Shown one piece after another: positions 32,056-42,122 of a stretch of DNA of 43,521 nucleotides. The notes beneath the pieces are model-generated. The model did not search any database, was not told the origin of the DNA, and worked only from the letters and a program-made list of their open reading frames with translations. The stretch is from a virus (Duplodnaviria > Heunggongvirae > Uroviricota > Caudoviricetes). The stretch lies in IMG/VR virus record IMGVR_UViG_2872185964_000007. One strand, 5' to 3'. The translations under genes and the position numbers were made by a program. The first letter of the stretch is position 1. The number at the start of each line of letters is the position of its first letter.

Positions 32056-32863
32056 TCACACCTCCGGAAATCCCGCTGAAGCCATCATTAATGCAACATC
32101 ATCCTCGCTGACATCCACCACATTCGCAGAAGGTGAAATATCGCGCCCTCCGTCCCCTCCGAACCGGACGCCTCCGGCAACTCCTGTCGCTTTCTGCATC
32201 AGCATTTCTTCCTCGTCCGGCATCTCCGTCTGCTCTTCCTCACACGCTGGAGCAAGCAGACTGAAATCCGCCGGATGCATATCCGGATCGCCAAAAAACA
32301 GGCTGAGTACGGCGTACATCAGCCCGGAAAAATGAGCGTCCAGTTGGGTATCCTGAAAATAATGCGTGCAGTAAAAACGTCGCCAGTCGGCATATTCGGT
32401 GGATGTCATCCCGGCAAGCATGGCGCGCCAGTCGGGTCTCCCCATCTCTCGCGCCAGTTTCAGGACAAGTTACCGGCTCAGTCGCTTCTGCTTTCCCGGT
32501 TTGTTCAGGATCGGCATCGTGCCGGTTATCCAGCATACCTGAAAGATAAAGCACCCGGTTCGTTGCCTGATTCAGTGCATCAGCAGGCCATCCCAGCATC
32601 ACTTCACGGCGGATCTGCTGCATCTCTGTCTCCGGAGAGGCCAGAGTGCCTTTGAGGGAATGGGTATGCCATAGCGACATCGCCACAAGCAGGGATGCCG
32701 TTTCCAGATATCGCTGGTTAATGTGCACGACATCATGCTTCGTTGTCTCCTGTTGTTCTGCGTCTGAAACAAACTTTATATAATCAAACCGCTGCAGCGC
32801 AGACAATTCGGAAAGCGTGACAGACACACCGTTATATTCAAATTGTTCTGTTTTCAGAAACAT
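32056..32863 (-). pseudogene. Tail assembly chaperones G and G-T region (frame relationship disturbed)
   Basis: G-like N-terminus MFLKTEQFEYNGVSVTLSELSALQR from 32863; slippery heptamer GGGAAAG at 32491-32497 (minus strand); T-like sequence is in the +1 frame relative to G, not the expected -1. Confidence 0.55.
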
Positions 32864-32876
32864 GTATTACCTCCGT

Positions 32877-33629
32877 TTACCCTGCAGCGCCCGCTTCAGT
32901 AACGGTGACTTCAGCCACTGCGGCGAACTGACCATTTCCGCTCACCACAAGGATCTGCACCTTACCTGTCGCCACGCCGTTTACCGTAATTGTCATATCT
33001 TTCACACTAATGGTGGCTTTCGACGGATCGGCGGAAACCGCTCTGAACGTCTTGTCGGTTGCACTTTCCGGCTCAAAAGAAACCGTCAGGGTGGTTGTTT
33101 TCCCTTTTGCCACCGTACCGGATGTCGGCGTCACCTTAATCGCACTGACCGGCGTAATTTTGCTGCGTTCTTCCGCTACAGAAGGTTTACCCACGTTAGT
33201 GACTTTCACCGTGCGGGTGATCACTTCTTTCGCCGTCACGGCCTTACCGATACTGCTGACCCAGCCACGAAACACATCCACCGTGCCATTCGGAAAACGG
33301 ATTTTATAGGCCCGGACATCGCCGCTTTCAAACCAGCCTATAAGCCCTTTCTGGCCTTCCTCTCCCGGTTTCCAGGCCAGCGTAAAACTGGTATCACCTG
33401 CAGATTTCTGCCCCTGCCCGGTCGCGTTCCAGTCCGCGTCTTCATCATCCAGGTAGTTATCATCGTAGGATTCTGCCGTCATCTCGCCCGGCGTCAGATC
33501 CTTCACCTTAGCCAGTCGCTGCCAGTCATCGTCTGACAACGGGTTTGCATAAGCATCACCCTTGCCGTTGTAAACCCACAGAGTGGTACCGGCACCTTTT
33601 ACCGGCTCAAGGGGATTTGGTGTTGCCAT
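32877..33629 (-). CDS. Major tail protein V
   Basis: 250-aa ORF collinear with lambda V ([10 protein letters not shown] motif). Confidence 0.85.
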   Translation of the reverse strand: MATPNPLEPVKGAGTTLWVYNGKGDAYANPLSDDDWQRLAKVKDLTPGEMTAESYDDNYLDDEDADWNATGQGQKSAGDTSFTLAWKPGEEGQKGLIGWFESGDVRAYKIRFPNGTVDVFRGWVSSIGKAVTAKEVITRTVKVTNVGKPSVAEERSKITPVSAIKVTPTSGTVAKGKTTTLTVSFEPESATDKTFRAVSADPSKATISVKDMTITVNGVATGKVQILVVSGNGQFAAVAEVTVTEAGAAG

Positions 33630-33636
33630 ATCGTCC

Positions 33637-34032
33637 TCACATCTCGTATGTAATGGAATAAGTCAGATCTGCAGAACTCCATAACGCCATATCGTCATCA
33701 CGACGATACTCATAGCCCTGCGTAACCATCGTGGTAATCAGTCCTGCCAGTGCCGGGATCGCAGTCATCGCCGGGTAAATCCGGCTTTCCATCCACTGAT
33801 CAAGCTCTGAATCCGGTACCTGTGCCGGTAAAAACACCTCAATATGCAGCGTGGCCCGCCAGGTATCTGCATCCAGCTCTTCACCGGTATACTCTGCATC
33901 CGTCAGATAAACCGCGATCGCAGGAAAATCCTCTTCGTCAAAAACAACGGGGCGACCATCAAACAGCGTCGCCCCGTGTTCATGCTGCTCGAGTGCATCC
34001 AGCACTGCGGCACGAATGTCAGTGTGTTTCAT
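33637..34032 (-). CDS. Tail terminator protein U
   Basis: 131-aa ORF matching lambda U length and sequence pattern. Confidence 0.85.
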   Translation of the reverse strand: MKHTDIRAAVLDALEQHEHGATLFDGRPVVFDEEDFPAIAVYLTDAEYTGEELDADTWRATLHIEVFLPAQVPDSELDQWMESRIYPAMTAIPALAGLITTMVTQGYEYRRDDDMALWSSADLTYSITYEM

Positions 34033-34604
34033 CGTTTTATCGCAATCCTCAGTTGTTGTTTCAGCGCGTATGCCAGTTCTTTAGGCAGGCGTTCACGCCG
34101 GATACGGTCAACATTCTCATCAAATGCCTGTTTCAGTGGGGCCGCCATCGGGATTTTCACCACCTGAATGGGAAGGCGATTACGCTTTTTCCTTCCCTTG
34201 TCGTCATTGCCCTCCTCATATCTGGCCTGGGGAAGACGTTGCATAACATGCCAGCGCCCATTATTTAATCGCTGGATAAATGCCCGCTGATAACGATGCT
34301 GACCGGCTTTGAGTATGCTGTTCGGACGACGTCCCAGCATTCTGATCCCCAACTTAATCACAGGGAGATCACCGCGGTTAACGATAATTCTGGCATTCGG
34401 ATTTCTGACCGTCGCCCGTTTCAGTCTGGACCGTTCCTTTACCAGTTTCCGTCTCACCCTGGTTTCCCGGGCAACCTGTGACGAAGACTGATTAATCGCC
34501 GTTGTGGCCACGCGGTTAATCGTCATTGCTGAAGCCGCCGGAATGGCGTTTTTACGAACCCGGCTCAGATTATCAATCGCCTGATCAAGCCCTTTTATCG
34601 CCAT
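34029..34604 (-). CDS. Tail completion protein Z
   Basis: 191-aa ORF collinear with lambda Z. Confidence 0.8.
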   Translation of the reverse strand: MAIKGLDQAIDNLSRVRKNAIPAASAMTINRVATTAINQSSSQVARETRVRRKLVKERSRLKRATVRNPNARIIVNRGDLPVIKLGIRMLGRRPNSILKAGQHRYQRAFIQRLNNGRWHVMQRLPQARYEEGNDDKGRKKRNRLPIQVVKIPMAAPLKQAFDENVDRIRRERLPKELAYALKQQLRIAIKR

Positions 34605-34616
34605 AATTTCACCCTG

Positions 34617-34971
34617 CGTTTATCGTCGCCGGTTAACAGCGGGTGGTTGCCCACGGTTGAGCCAGAGATAACAGCTTCCCCGTCATCCGGAGAAATACGA
34701 TCCACCCAGAACATCTCGCCGTTAATGGTCAGCGTGTCACCACGCCGCACGGCACGCACCGTATCCGTCCGCACAAATAATGACGGGCTGCTTCCTTCAA
34801 TACGGACCCCGCCACCGGCAAAACCCAGCGACTCCGGATCGTCAAAAACCCCTGAACTTCGCTTCCACGCTGTGCTCCCGAGGTGAACTGCGCACAGAGC
34901 CCCATCACTTCAACAATCGTGCTGTCCACCCCGGCAAGGGCAGCATCAAAGGCATTCTGAAAATCACGCAT
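34617..34971 (-). pseudogene. Head-tail joining protein FII, frameshifted
   Basis: Only the N-terminal ~45 residues (MRDFQNAFDAALAGVDSTIVEVMG...) are in the ORF frame; start of gene overlaps FI stop as in lambda. Confidence 0.55.
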
Positions 34972-35347
34972 GCTCAGCCGTTCCGTGCTGTATCATGGCT
35001 GTCGCCAGTGGTGATGGCACCATAACACGCATGCCCCGGTACGTCAGTTCAACGGGACGGCCTGTCTCCGGGCAATACCCCATCACATGCAGGCATTTCC
35101 GCACACGGACCGCTTTAACATCATCCGTAGCATCCGTGTTGTTCAACTGCTCACCATCGTCTGTGTGATTTTGATCAGCCCCGCTCTCATCAGAGTGCAT
35201 AATGCCCTCCGGGGAAACAGCAAGCTCCTCTTCCCACTCAGACACACGTTGAGCAATATCCGCAGCACTCCCCGACATATCCGCCTCGCGCCCCAGCAGG
35301 CCAGCCAGTTGACGAAGACGATTCAGATTTTCTTCTTTTGTTGCCAT
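34964..35347 (-). CDS. FI-like DNA-packaging protein
   Basis: Position between E and FII; AGGAGG RBS before ATG 35347; weak similarity to lambda FI. Confidence 0.5.
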   Translation of the reverse strand: MATKEENLNRLRQLAGLLGREADMSGSAADIAQRVSEWEEELAVSPEGIMHSDESGADQNHTDDGEQLNNTDATDDVKAVRVRKCLHVMGYCPETGRPVELTYRGMRVMVPSPLATAMIQHGTAEHA

Positions 35348-35398
35348 CTCAGCCTCCTGTGAAAAAAGACACGGGGGCATTTCGCCCCCGCTCACGGA

Positions 35399-36426
35399 TT
35401 ATTTCACCTGTACCACCACAAACTCATCCGGATCCGGCAGCACCATCAGCGGTGCGGACTGCGTCATGGTGAATTCACAGGACGGATCGCCCACAGTCAG
35501 CCAGTGTTTCGGATAACGGGAAGAGGCCACCACACCTTCGGACAACGCCTGCGCATCCTGAATGGCACCATAGCAACGAATGCCCTCTGCTGCCGTATTC
35601 CCCAGGACCAGTGTGCCCTCCGGCAGATAACGTTTTTCGGTACCGTCCTCTGCCACATAAGACGTTTTCGCCACCACAATGGCCAGATCGCCGTAATACC
35701 CCTTGAAGGACACCACCGCCCCAGGTCTTTCACTGCCGTTTCGAGTTGTGAATTTGAGCCGCGACGGGTATCCAGTTTTTCGCGGAACAGCTTAAAGCCA
35801 TTCAGCAGACGCCAGACCGTACCGTCCATAATGGCGATATTCACAAGGCCGCTGGCCTGATCGCAGTAGAGGTCAATATCATGCGTCGGATCAAACGTAT
35901 CACGGTCCTGCTCAGACCATTTTTTACCGTCAGCCTGCTCAATGTTATTTCCTTCAGAGCGCCCGAAATCCACCTCGACAGTATCAAACTGATCCCCTTC
36001 CATGGTGTATTTGCCATACAGCACGGCATTCACCGCCTGCATTTCTTCCACCTGGACAATGGCGTGCTCTTCCTGTTTGAGGTTATCGGTAATGATACGC
36101 AGACGACGGTAGGCCGGGTCGTTCAGCTGAGCCGGATCTTCACCAGGAAGGCGCTCAACCGCCTGCTGGTAATTAAATTCGTGTTTGGGCTTGACGTAGC
36201 CCGGACGTAACACGCGGGTTTCACCACCGCGATGGCGAAGCACTTTTCCTTCAACGATCGGGGAGACATAGGCCGCCACCGGCGTTTTTCCGGTAATTTT
36301 GTCCAGCATCACCTCTTCGGTGTGGAAATTCACCGTACGGCGGAAAAACAGCTCCAGAAACAGCGCACGGAATTTCACTTTTTGTTCGGTATAACCGAGT
36401 AACTGGCGGGTCGTAAACAATCCCAT
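35399..36426 (-). pseudogene. Major capsid protein E, frameshifted
   Basis: N-terminal ~250 residues in 35497-36426 and the C-terminal ~100 (...MTQSAPLMVLPDPDEFVVVQVK) in 35399-35716. Confidence 0.8.
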
Positions 36427-36483
36427 AAATCAGTTCCTTTCATTAAGAAATCAGTCAGGCCAACGCGGTGGCCTGATAACGTG

Positions 36484-36831
36484 TTACGGCAGCGCCGCGT
36501 GACTCAGGGCTGTGCCGGCAAAGGCATTTGCCTTTTTGTGTTCATCCCCACTGTCAGGCCAGCGGATTGCCTCCGTCGCAAAGGTCCCCGACTTGTAATA
36601 GGTCAGCACCGTCTCTGTGCCTTCAAGCGGCAGTACCAGTATGCCAACCGCACTACCGGCTTTCTGTCCATCCCAGACCACCAGTTTCCCGGTGGCTTCA
36701 TCCAGCATCAGGGGCGTCAGAGCCGGTGTTGCCGAGGAAATCCCGCTGCTGCCTGTGGCGGTGTGAGCCGGATCATTACCGGCAAAAATACGTACTTCCG
36801 CACGCTGTTCAGTGATGGTTTTCGTCACCAT
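36484..36831 (-). CDS. Head decoration protein D
   Basis: 115-aa ORF with the NDPAHTAT and TYYKSGTF motifs of lambda D. Confidence 0.75.
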   Translation of the reverse strand: MVTKTITEQRAEVRIFAGNDPAHTATGSSGISSATPALTPLMLDEATGKLVVWDGQKAGSAVGILVLPLEGTETVLTYYKSGTFATEAIRWPDSGDEHKKANAFAGTALSHAALP

Positions 36832-36867
36832 TTTGTTAAAACCTCATATTGATGGTCAGCACTGACT

Positions 36868-38372
36868 TCATGGCATGGCCATGAGCATTTTCACGTCCGC
36901 ATCACCGTCTGCTGACGTCTGTGACACGCCACCCCGCACCGCTGCCGGTGAATGATTCGCCATGAAATGTTCAAACAGGGCGGTTGTGGATGCAGAGACC
37001 GGTTCGGCCTTACCTGATCCCGCAGCCAGCACAGCCCGGGCGTTCTCCACGGTCATTCCCGGGCAGGCCGCCAGTTTTTCAGCCTGCGCTTCTGCCCCTT
37101 TTGCCTCATCCAGGGCCATGATCTGATCACGAAGTGAGGGCCCGGCATCCGCCAGTGGTGCAGCCGCCAGGATCGGGCGGGCTTTTTCCACCGTCATCTC
37201 CGGCATCGCCGCCAGCGTTGCCGCCAGTTGTTCACGACCGTTCGCTTCTTCACACGCCATAATGCGATCGGCTTCACTCTGCGCGGATGCCACCGGCTGC
37301 TGCGGTGCCGCCGCGGCCAGAATCGCCCGGGCCTGTTCAACGCTCATGCCCTGTTGCCCTGCCAGCATCGTGGCAAGCTGTTCACGTCCTTTCGCTTCCT
37401 GGCATGTCAGGATCCCCATCACTCGCTGGTTCTCCTGCACGGCGGCTTCCGTTGCAGTTAATTGCGGCATAGTGCCTCCTCTGACATTACTGTTCAGCGC
37501 CGTGGCCATCACACTGATGGCATCCGACGCATTGATTAATTCATCCGCCAGCCCGGCCTCAATGCCGGACTGACCTTCAAAAACAGCGGCCTCTGTTCCC
37601 GTGACTGCATCAACAGACAGACCGGTAAACATCGCCACTTTTTCGGCAAACATCCGGCGCGCCGCATCAATCCGCTGCTGCATGTCCTGGCGAACCTCTG
37701 CCGGCAACGCTTCAAACTGATTGCCATCCACCTTGTGCGCCCCTGAGTAAATCAGCGTGATATCCACACCGGCCTGCGCCAGATGACCGGCATAGCTGAC
37801 ATGGCTCATCATCACGCCAATGGAACCGATACGGGATGTCTGGGTAACCAGCCGTCGGGAGCAGGCCGACGCCAGCAGCATGGCCGCAGAACAGGCCGTG
37901 TCATTACACAGTGCCCAGACCGGCTTCTGCTGCCGGAGGCGGTAAATCATGTCAGCGCAGTCAAACACGCCGGCGGCCTGCCCGCCCGGACTGTCAATGT
38001 CCAGCAGTATGCCCCGCACCTGGCTATCTGCCATTGCCTGCTGAAGACAGGTGACAATGCCGTCATAGCCAGTCATTCCGGAAAATGGCCGCATCCCCCC
38101 AGCCGGTGCACCAGCGTGCCGGTCACCGGCAGTACCGCAATACCGTTCACCACCCGGTAAACACGGGCCGGTCGTTTACCTCCGGCCATGTACTCGTCCG
38201 TTTCAGCCAGCATCCCGGGAGCATCAAGCTGTACCTGCTGTTGCGGTACCGAAAGACTTGCTGCCCCCATCTCGCGCCCCAGCGCGCAAAAGAAAACCCG
38301 CGCATAGGCGGGCTCCAGAAGCAGCGGTTCATTGAATGCTGCTGCAATAATGTGTGAAAGATTACGTCTCAC
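36868..38372 (-). pseudogene. Head maturation protease/scaffold C (S49 family), frameshifted
   Basis: N-terminal ~100 residues (38073-38372) and the body (36868-38094) are in different frames. Confidence 0.75.
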
Positions 38373-39134
38373 GTGGTGTTGTCTCCTCTTCCGGCCTGCG
38401 ACTCTCCGCTATCTGCTGCTGATACGCCTGCGCTATCCACACCGGACGTGAGAGTCCGGCTTTTTCCCGCTCTGCAGATTCCCTGACCTGCTGGCAGAAA
38501 ATGTCCTGATAATCCTCGCCCATCAGCGCCAGCTCTTTCTCATACGTGCTCAGTCCGGCCTCAATGCGCATCACTGATTCCTGAACCTCCTTGAGCCCGT
38601 CAATGGCCATTCTTCCGGCTCCAATCCACTCAGCCCGTGACCAGGCTGATCGCGCCTGATAAAAATCAAACCGTGCCCGTGGCGGACGAATAATCCCCGA
38701 AGAAGTGCCTCTTCCAGCCAGCAGGAAAACATCTGCGTGGCCAGCCGGGACGCAATAAATTTTCGCCGCCCCATAAAATAGCGCCACGACTCATTGGCGG
38801 ATGCGCGGGCACTTGAGTAACTGACCTTCGAGTAATCACGGGACAACTGTTCGTAGGAAACGCCAAGACCGGCGGCGATATACCGCAGCAGCGCCTGTTC
38901 AAGCGCCGAAAATCCATTGTCTGAATCCTGCGCGGTCTGAAGTTTCAGATCATCACCGGGGAAAAGGTGCGGAATTTTGACACCGCCCAGCATCACGCTA
39001 TTCGTGTCATACCAGGTGGAGAACTTATCCAGAATATTAATAAGCGGATTATCCTTCTGCCCCTGCGGCGCACCGGCGATATATTCAAAGGCCTTTTCGG
39101 TATCAAGGTCACTTTCAATCGTCGCTGCATACAT
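38362..39134 (-). pseudogene. Portal protein B, 5'-truncated and frameshifted
   Basis: Only the C-terminal ~300 residues remain (ORFs 38571-39134 and 38362-38787); no upstream head genes or terminase follow. Confidence 0.75.
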
Positions 39135-39560
39135 CGCCTTTATGAAAAGACAGGAAAAAATAAAATTTAAAAACAGTACATTACGAATGCTCAGACCTAT
39201 CGTTTAAAGGAGTCGCAATACACACTGCAATACACGATTATTTATAAGATGAGCGGCATCCGTCATAAAGCTGGTGGATGCTTTTTCTATGCATATATGC
39301 ACAGTTTTAGTAGGCGTTAATGTCGATATAGGGATCCCCATATCGAGATTGGATACCAGGCTTTTTTAATCAGGCTGGTGGGCTTTACCTGTTTTGTATG
39401 AGTGGTCATCATGACCATGTCATAACAAAAACCCCATATTCGTGGTTTTTCTGTGTCGGGCTATTCTGTCGTTGCTGTGCTGATTTGGCTGGTGGGCTGA
39501 ATCATCATTACGGCGATGCAGCTATGTAGACGTTCCGGCCTCCTCAAATTGAGGATTGTG

Positions 39561-39718
39561 GAAGAATCAATGGGTTAGTCTTACTTTCCCGACATCCCCC
39601 AATGGGGGTTTCGAAACAATCAATAGCTTAGGCTTACTTCCCGATTTCCTGCATTGCAGGTTTTCGAAATAATCAATGGGTTAGGCCATCGTGCAATTTT
39701 GCACTTTGCCAGCCAGCG
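39561..39718. repeat. Three tandem ~53-bp units, each with a conserved 5' half and a short GC hairpin followed by a T-tract
   Basis: Units start at 39561, 39613, 39666 (conserved GAAnAATCAAT..GGTTAG..CTTACTT..CCCGA); hairpins CCCCCaatGGGGG, CCTGCattGCAGG, GTGCAatttTGCAC differ in stem sequence but not position. Confidence 0.6.
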
Positions 39719-39933
39719 CAATGTCGCGTTATCAGTCCTCAGATGTGAGGGATGTAGCCAGCTTTTCCCCAGTGGGGGATATCCAGCACCGACGGCTTAA
39801 CTGTGCGTGCCAGCACAAGGTAGCCTTGAACTACTTACTGCATCCCATCTTACAGGCCGTGCCTTCCGGCTTAACTTTTTGCAATGCAACAAGTCAGCCA
39901 GCGCAATTTTGCGTTATCGGGAATATCAGCAAG

Positions 39934-40215
39934 TTACCGCCGCAATCGTTCCGGCTTCTTCCACTGGTAAGTATTTTTCGCGCTCTCCCTCCGTTGTTGA
40001 GAACGGCGACGATATGCCAGCAACTCAAGGACTCTTGTTCGTATGTTGCGCATATCCACGCCGTTAAGCTCAATACCGTCACGGCGCATCACCTCAGCCA
40101 CTACACGCACATAATTATCTGCGGTCACGCTGTCCGGCTGCGTGGCCTGTTCGTCATGCTGCTTGCTGATTCCACAAGCACGGCGGATTAATCGCAGTAT
40201 TTCGGATTCAGTCAT
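39934..40215 (-). CDS. Hypothetical basic protein (93 aa)
   Basis: ORF only; no family recognised; lies between the repeat region and the IS911-like element. Confidence 0.3.
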   Translation of the reverse strand: MTESEILRLIRRACGISKQHDEQATQPDSVTADNYVRVVAEVMRRDGIELNGVDMRNIRTRVLELLAYRRRSQQRRESAKNTYQWKKPERLRR

Positions 40216-40339
40216 AGCGTACTACGTTACTTATCTTTATTCGGCTGCAACTTATCCGGTACGTTTCCGGCAGTTTCCATCAGATAATCGGACAGCTGAG
40301 GTGTACTGGCAATAGCGGACACTACCATTTGTTCTTTTT

Positions 40340-41158
40340 TTAAGCAGCCATCTGATGATATTTTTCCCTGAAGGCTGCCGGGGAGATATTCCCCAGACGA
40401 GAGTGACGACGCTGACGATTGTAGAAAATCTCAATGTATTCCCGTATTACTGAGATGGCTTCATCCCGGTTATTAAAACGATAGTGGCTCAGGCTCTCAT
40501 TTTTCAGCGTTCCCCAGAAGGTTTCCATCGGAGCGTTGTCGTAACAGTGACCTTTACGCGACATTGATGTTTTCAGACCAGACTGCTCCTGTATGACCCG
40601 GTAATCGTATGCGCAGTACTGTGAACCTCGATCAGAGTGGTGGATTAGCCCGGCAGGTGGGCGCTGGCTCCTGAGCGCCATAAACAGGGCTTTACCTGTC
40701 AGCTCTTTTGTCATGCGCTCTCCCATGGCGTAGCCGACAATTTCGCACGTATAAACATCTTTGATGCCAGCGAGGTACAACCATCCCTCCTGTGTGGCAA
40801 CATACGTCAGGTCCGCCACCCAGACCTGATTTGGTGCTGTAGGAGCGAACGTCTGGTTCAGCAGATTTGGCGCAACTGGCAGATTGTGGTTCGGGTTCGT
40901 AGTCGCTCTGAACTTGCGTTTCTGCTTACAGCGTAGCCTTAGCTCCTTACGAAGACGTGCCAGTCGGTCACGACCAACGATGATGCCATTCTCTGCCAGC
41001 TCCGTCTGGAGCCGCCGGGTTCCATATGTTTCGCGAGTGCGGATATGTGCCACCTTAATCTCCAGTTTTAGCCGCTCATCACTTTGTTTTCTGTCTGAGG
41101 GTTCATGCTGTACCCAGTTGTAATAACCGCTCCTGGATACACCAAATACCTGACACAT
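40340..41158 (-). CDS. IS3-family (IS911-like) transposase OrfB (integrase core)
   Basis: 272-aa ORF from the first ATG; the true OrfB frame overlaps orfA and is expressed by -1 frameshifting. Confidence 0.85.
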   Translation of the reverse strand: MCQVFGVSRSGYYNWVQHEPSDRKQSDERLKLEIKVAHIRTRETYGTRRLQTELAENGIIVGRDRLARLRKELRLRCKQKRKFRATTNPNHNLPVAPNLLNQTFAPTAPNQVWVADLTYVATQEGWLYLAGIKDVYTCEIVGYAMGERMTKELTGKALFMALRSQRPPAGLIHHSDRGSQYCAYDYRVIQEQSGLKTSMSRKGHCYDNAPMETFWGTLKNESLSHYRFNNRDEAISVIREYIEIFYNRQRRHSRLGNISPAAFREKYHQMAA

Positions 41159-41193
41159 CGCTTCAATGGGAAATTGTTGTCGCCATTGTTCGA

Positions 41194-41496
41194 TTAACGC
41201 GTATTTTTCAGCGACTCCTGTGCAAAATACGCTGTTGCTTTTTTTAATATATCTCGCTCAAGGCGAGCTTCATTTAACGCCTTACGCAGTTGCAGAATTT
41301 CAGATTCCAGTTCAGCCACCGTGCGGGAACCAGGAGTACCGAGCCCTTTTCTGGCGGCGGTAACCCATTGTCCTAAAGTGCCTTCAGGAAGGGATAATCG
41401 GGAAGCGCCTTCACTGATCGAAAGTTGATTTTCAAGAACCGTTCTGACAGCTTCGGCTTTGAACTCTTTAGAGTAACGTTGGTTTTTTCTGCTCAT
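41194..41496 (-). CDS. IS3-family (IS911-like) OrfA (HTH/leucine zipper)
   Basis: 100-aa ORF matching IS911 OrfA as recalled. Confidence 0.85.
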   Translation of the reverse strand: MSRKNQRYSKEFKAEAVRTVLENQLSISEGASRLSLPEGTLGQWVTAARKGLGTPGSRTVAELESEILQLRKALNEARLERDILKKATAYFAQESLKNTR

Positions 41497-41651
41497 TATT
41501 AGCTCCTTCTGATGCCATTCTATTTCAGGAAGGAGTGTCCGTTAAACTCAGGCTACCTCAATCAGCGCCAGTCAGTCAGCCGGAGCAAAAACAGAAGCCC
41601 CACTCATTCCGGAACAACCTTCTTAATAACCCATTTCAACGAGAAAATCCT

Positions 41652-41921
41652 ATGTCAGAAATAAAATCGCTGGTCACTGCTGAGGCAGTGAAGGAAGTCC
41701 TGCGCTCTGAAGAAGTCCGGAGCGCACTGAAACAGCAACTTCGGCAGAACCTTGAGGCGCGTCTTGATGCAGAAGTGGATTCAATTCTGGATGAACTGCT
41801 GGGCGCACCGACTGTTCCGGAGCCGGAAGGCATTGCGGATGACAGTGCTGTTTCAGATGGCGTCGGGTCTCAGCCTGACGGTAGTGAAGGGCCTCAGCCT
41901 GACGGCGAAATGATGATGTAA
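41652..41921 (+). CDS. Hypothetical small acidic protein (~89 aa)
   Basis: ORF only (track begins at upstream ATG 41535); no family recognised. Confidence 0.3.
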   Translation: MSEIKSLVTAEAVKEVLRSEEVRSALKQQLRQNLEARLDAEVDSILDELLGAPTVPEPEGIADDSAVSDGVGSQPDGSEGPQPDGEMMM

Positions 41922-42122
41922 CCATGCGCAGGGGTGTCGGTGTGAGCTGATGCCCCACTTGTTGTTGTGAGCTTCCGGATTGCGGGAGACGGGTATGTAC
42001 CAGATGGAAAAAATCACAACAGGTGTGTCATACACCGTAAGCGTAAACTGACCGCCGTATGTAGCCATTAAGCCTGTATTGGTAACGTAGGTGCCCACCT
42101 TTTCAACTAGTGGACACCTGTT

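Larger units (their letters stand above)
40297..41566 (-). mobile_element. IS3-family element, IS911-like (~1.25 kb)
   Basis: orfA/orfB pair in the IS3-family overlapping arrangement; terminal repeats ...CGGACACT(A/C)CC near both ends; exact termini uncertain by ~15 bp. Confidence 0.8.

Noticed and set aside
39323-39346. Near-perfect 24-bp palindrome centred on GGATCC (TCGATATAGGGATCCCCATATCGA) as an operator or integron attC-like site
   Set aside because: Single occurrence with no adjacent integrase or regulator gene and no attC-type flanking cores; noted but too little context to call a function.
39561-39718. Possible CRISPR array (short direct repeats with hairpins)
   Set aside because: Only three units, directly tandem with no unique spacers, unit length 53 bp, stems differ between units, and no cas genes anywhere in the window.
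39691-40191. 166-aa plus-strand ORF from the six-frame track
   Set aside because: Overlaps the hairpin repeats and is antisense to the 93-aa ORF; Ser/Thr/Cys-rich low-complexity translation with no start context; judged spurious.
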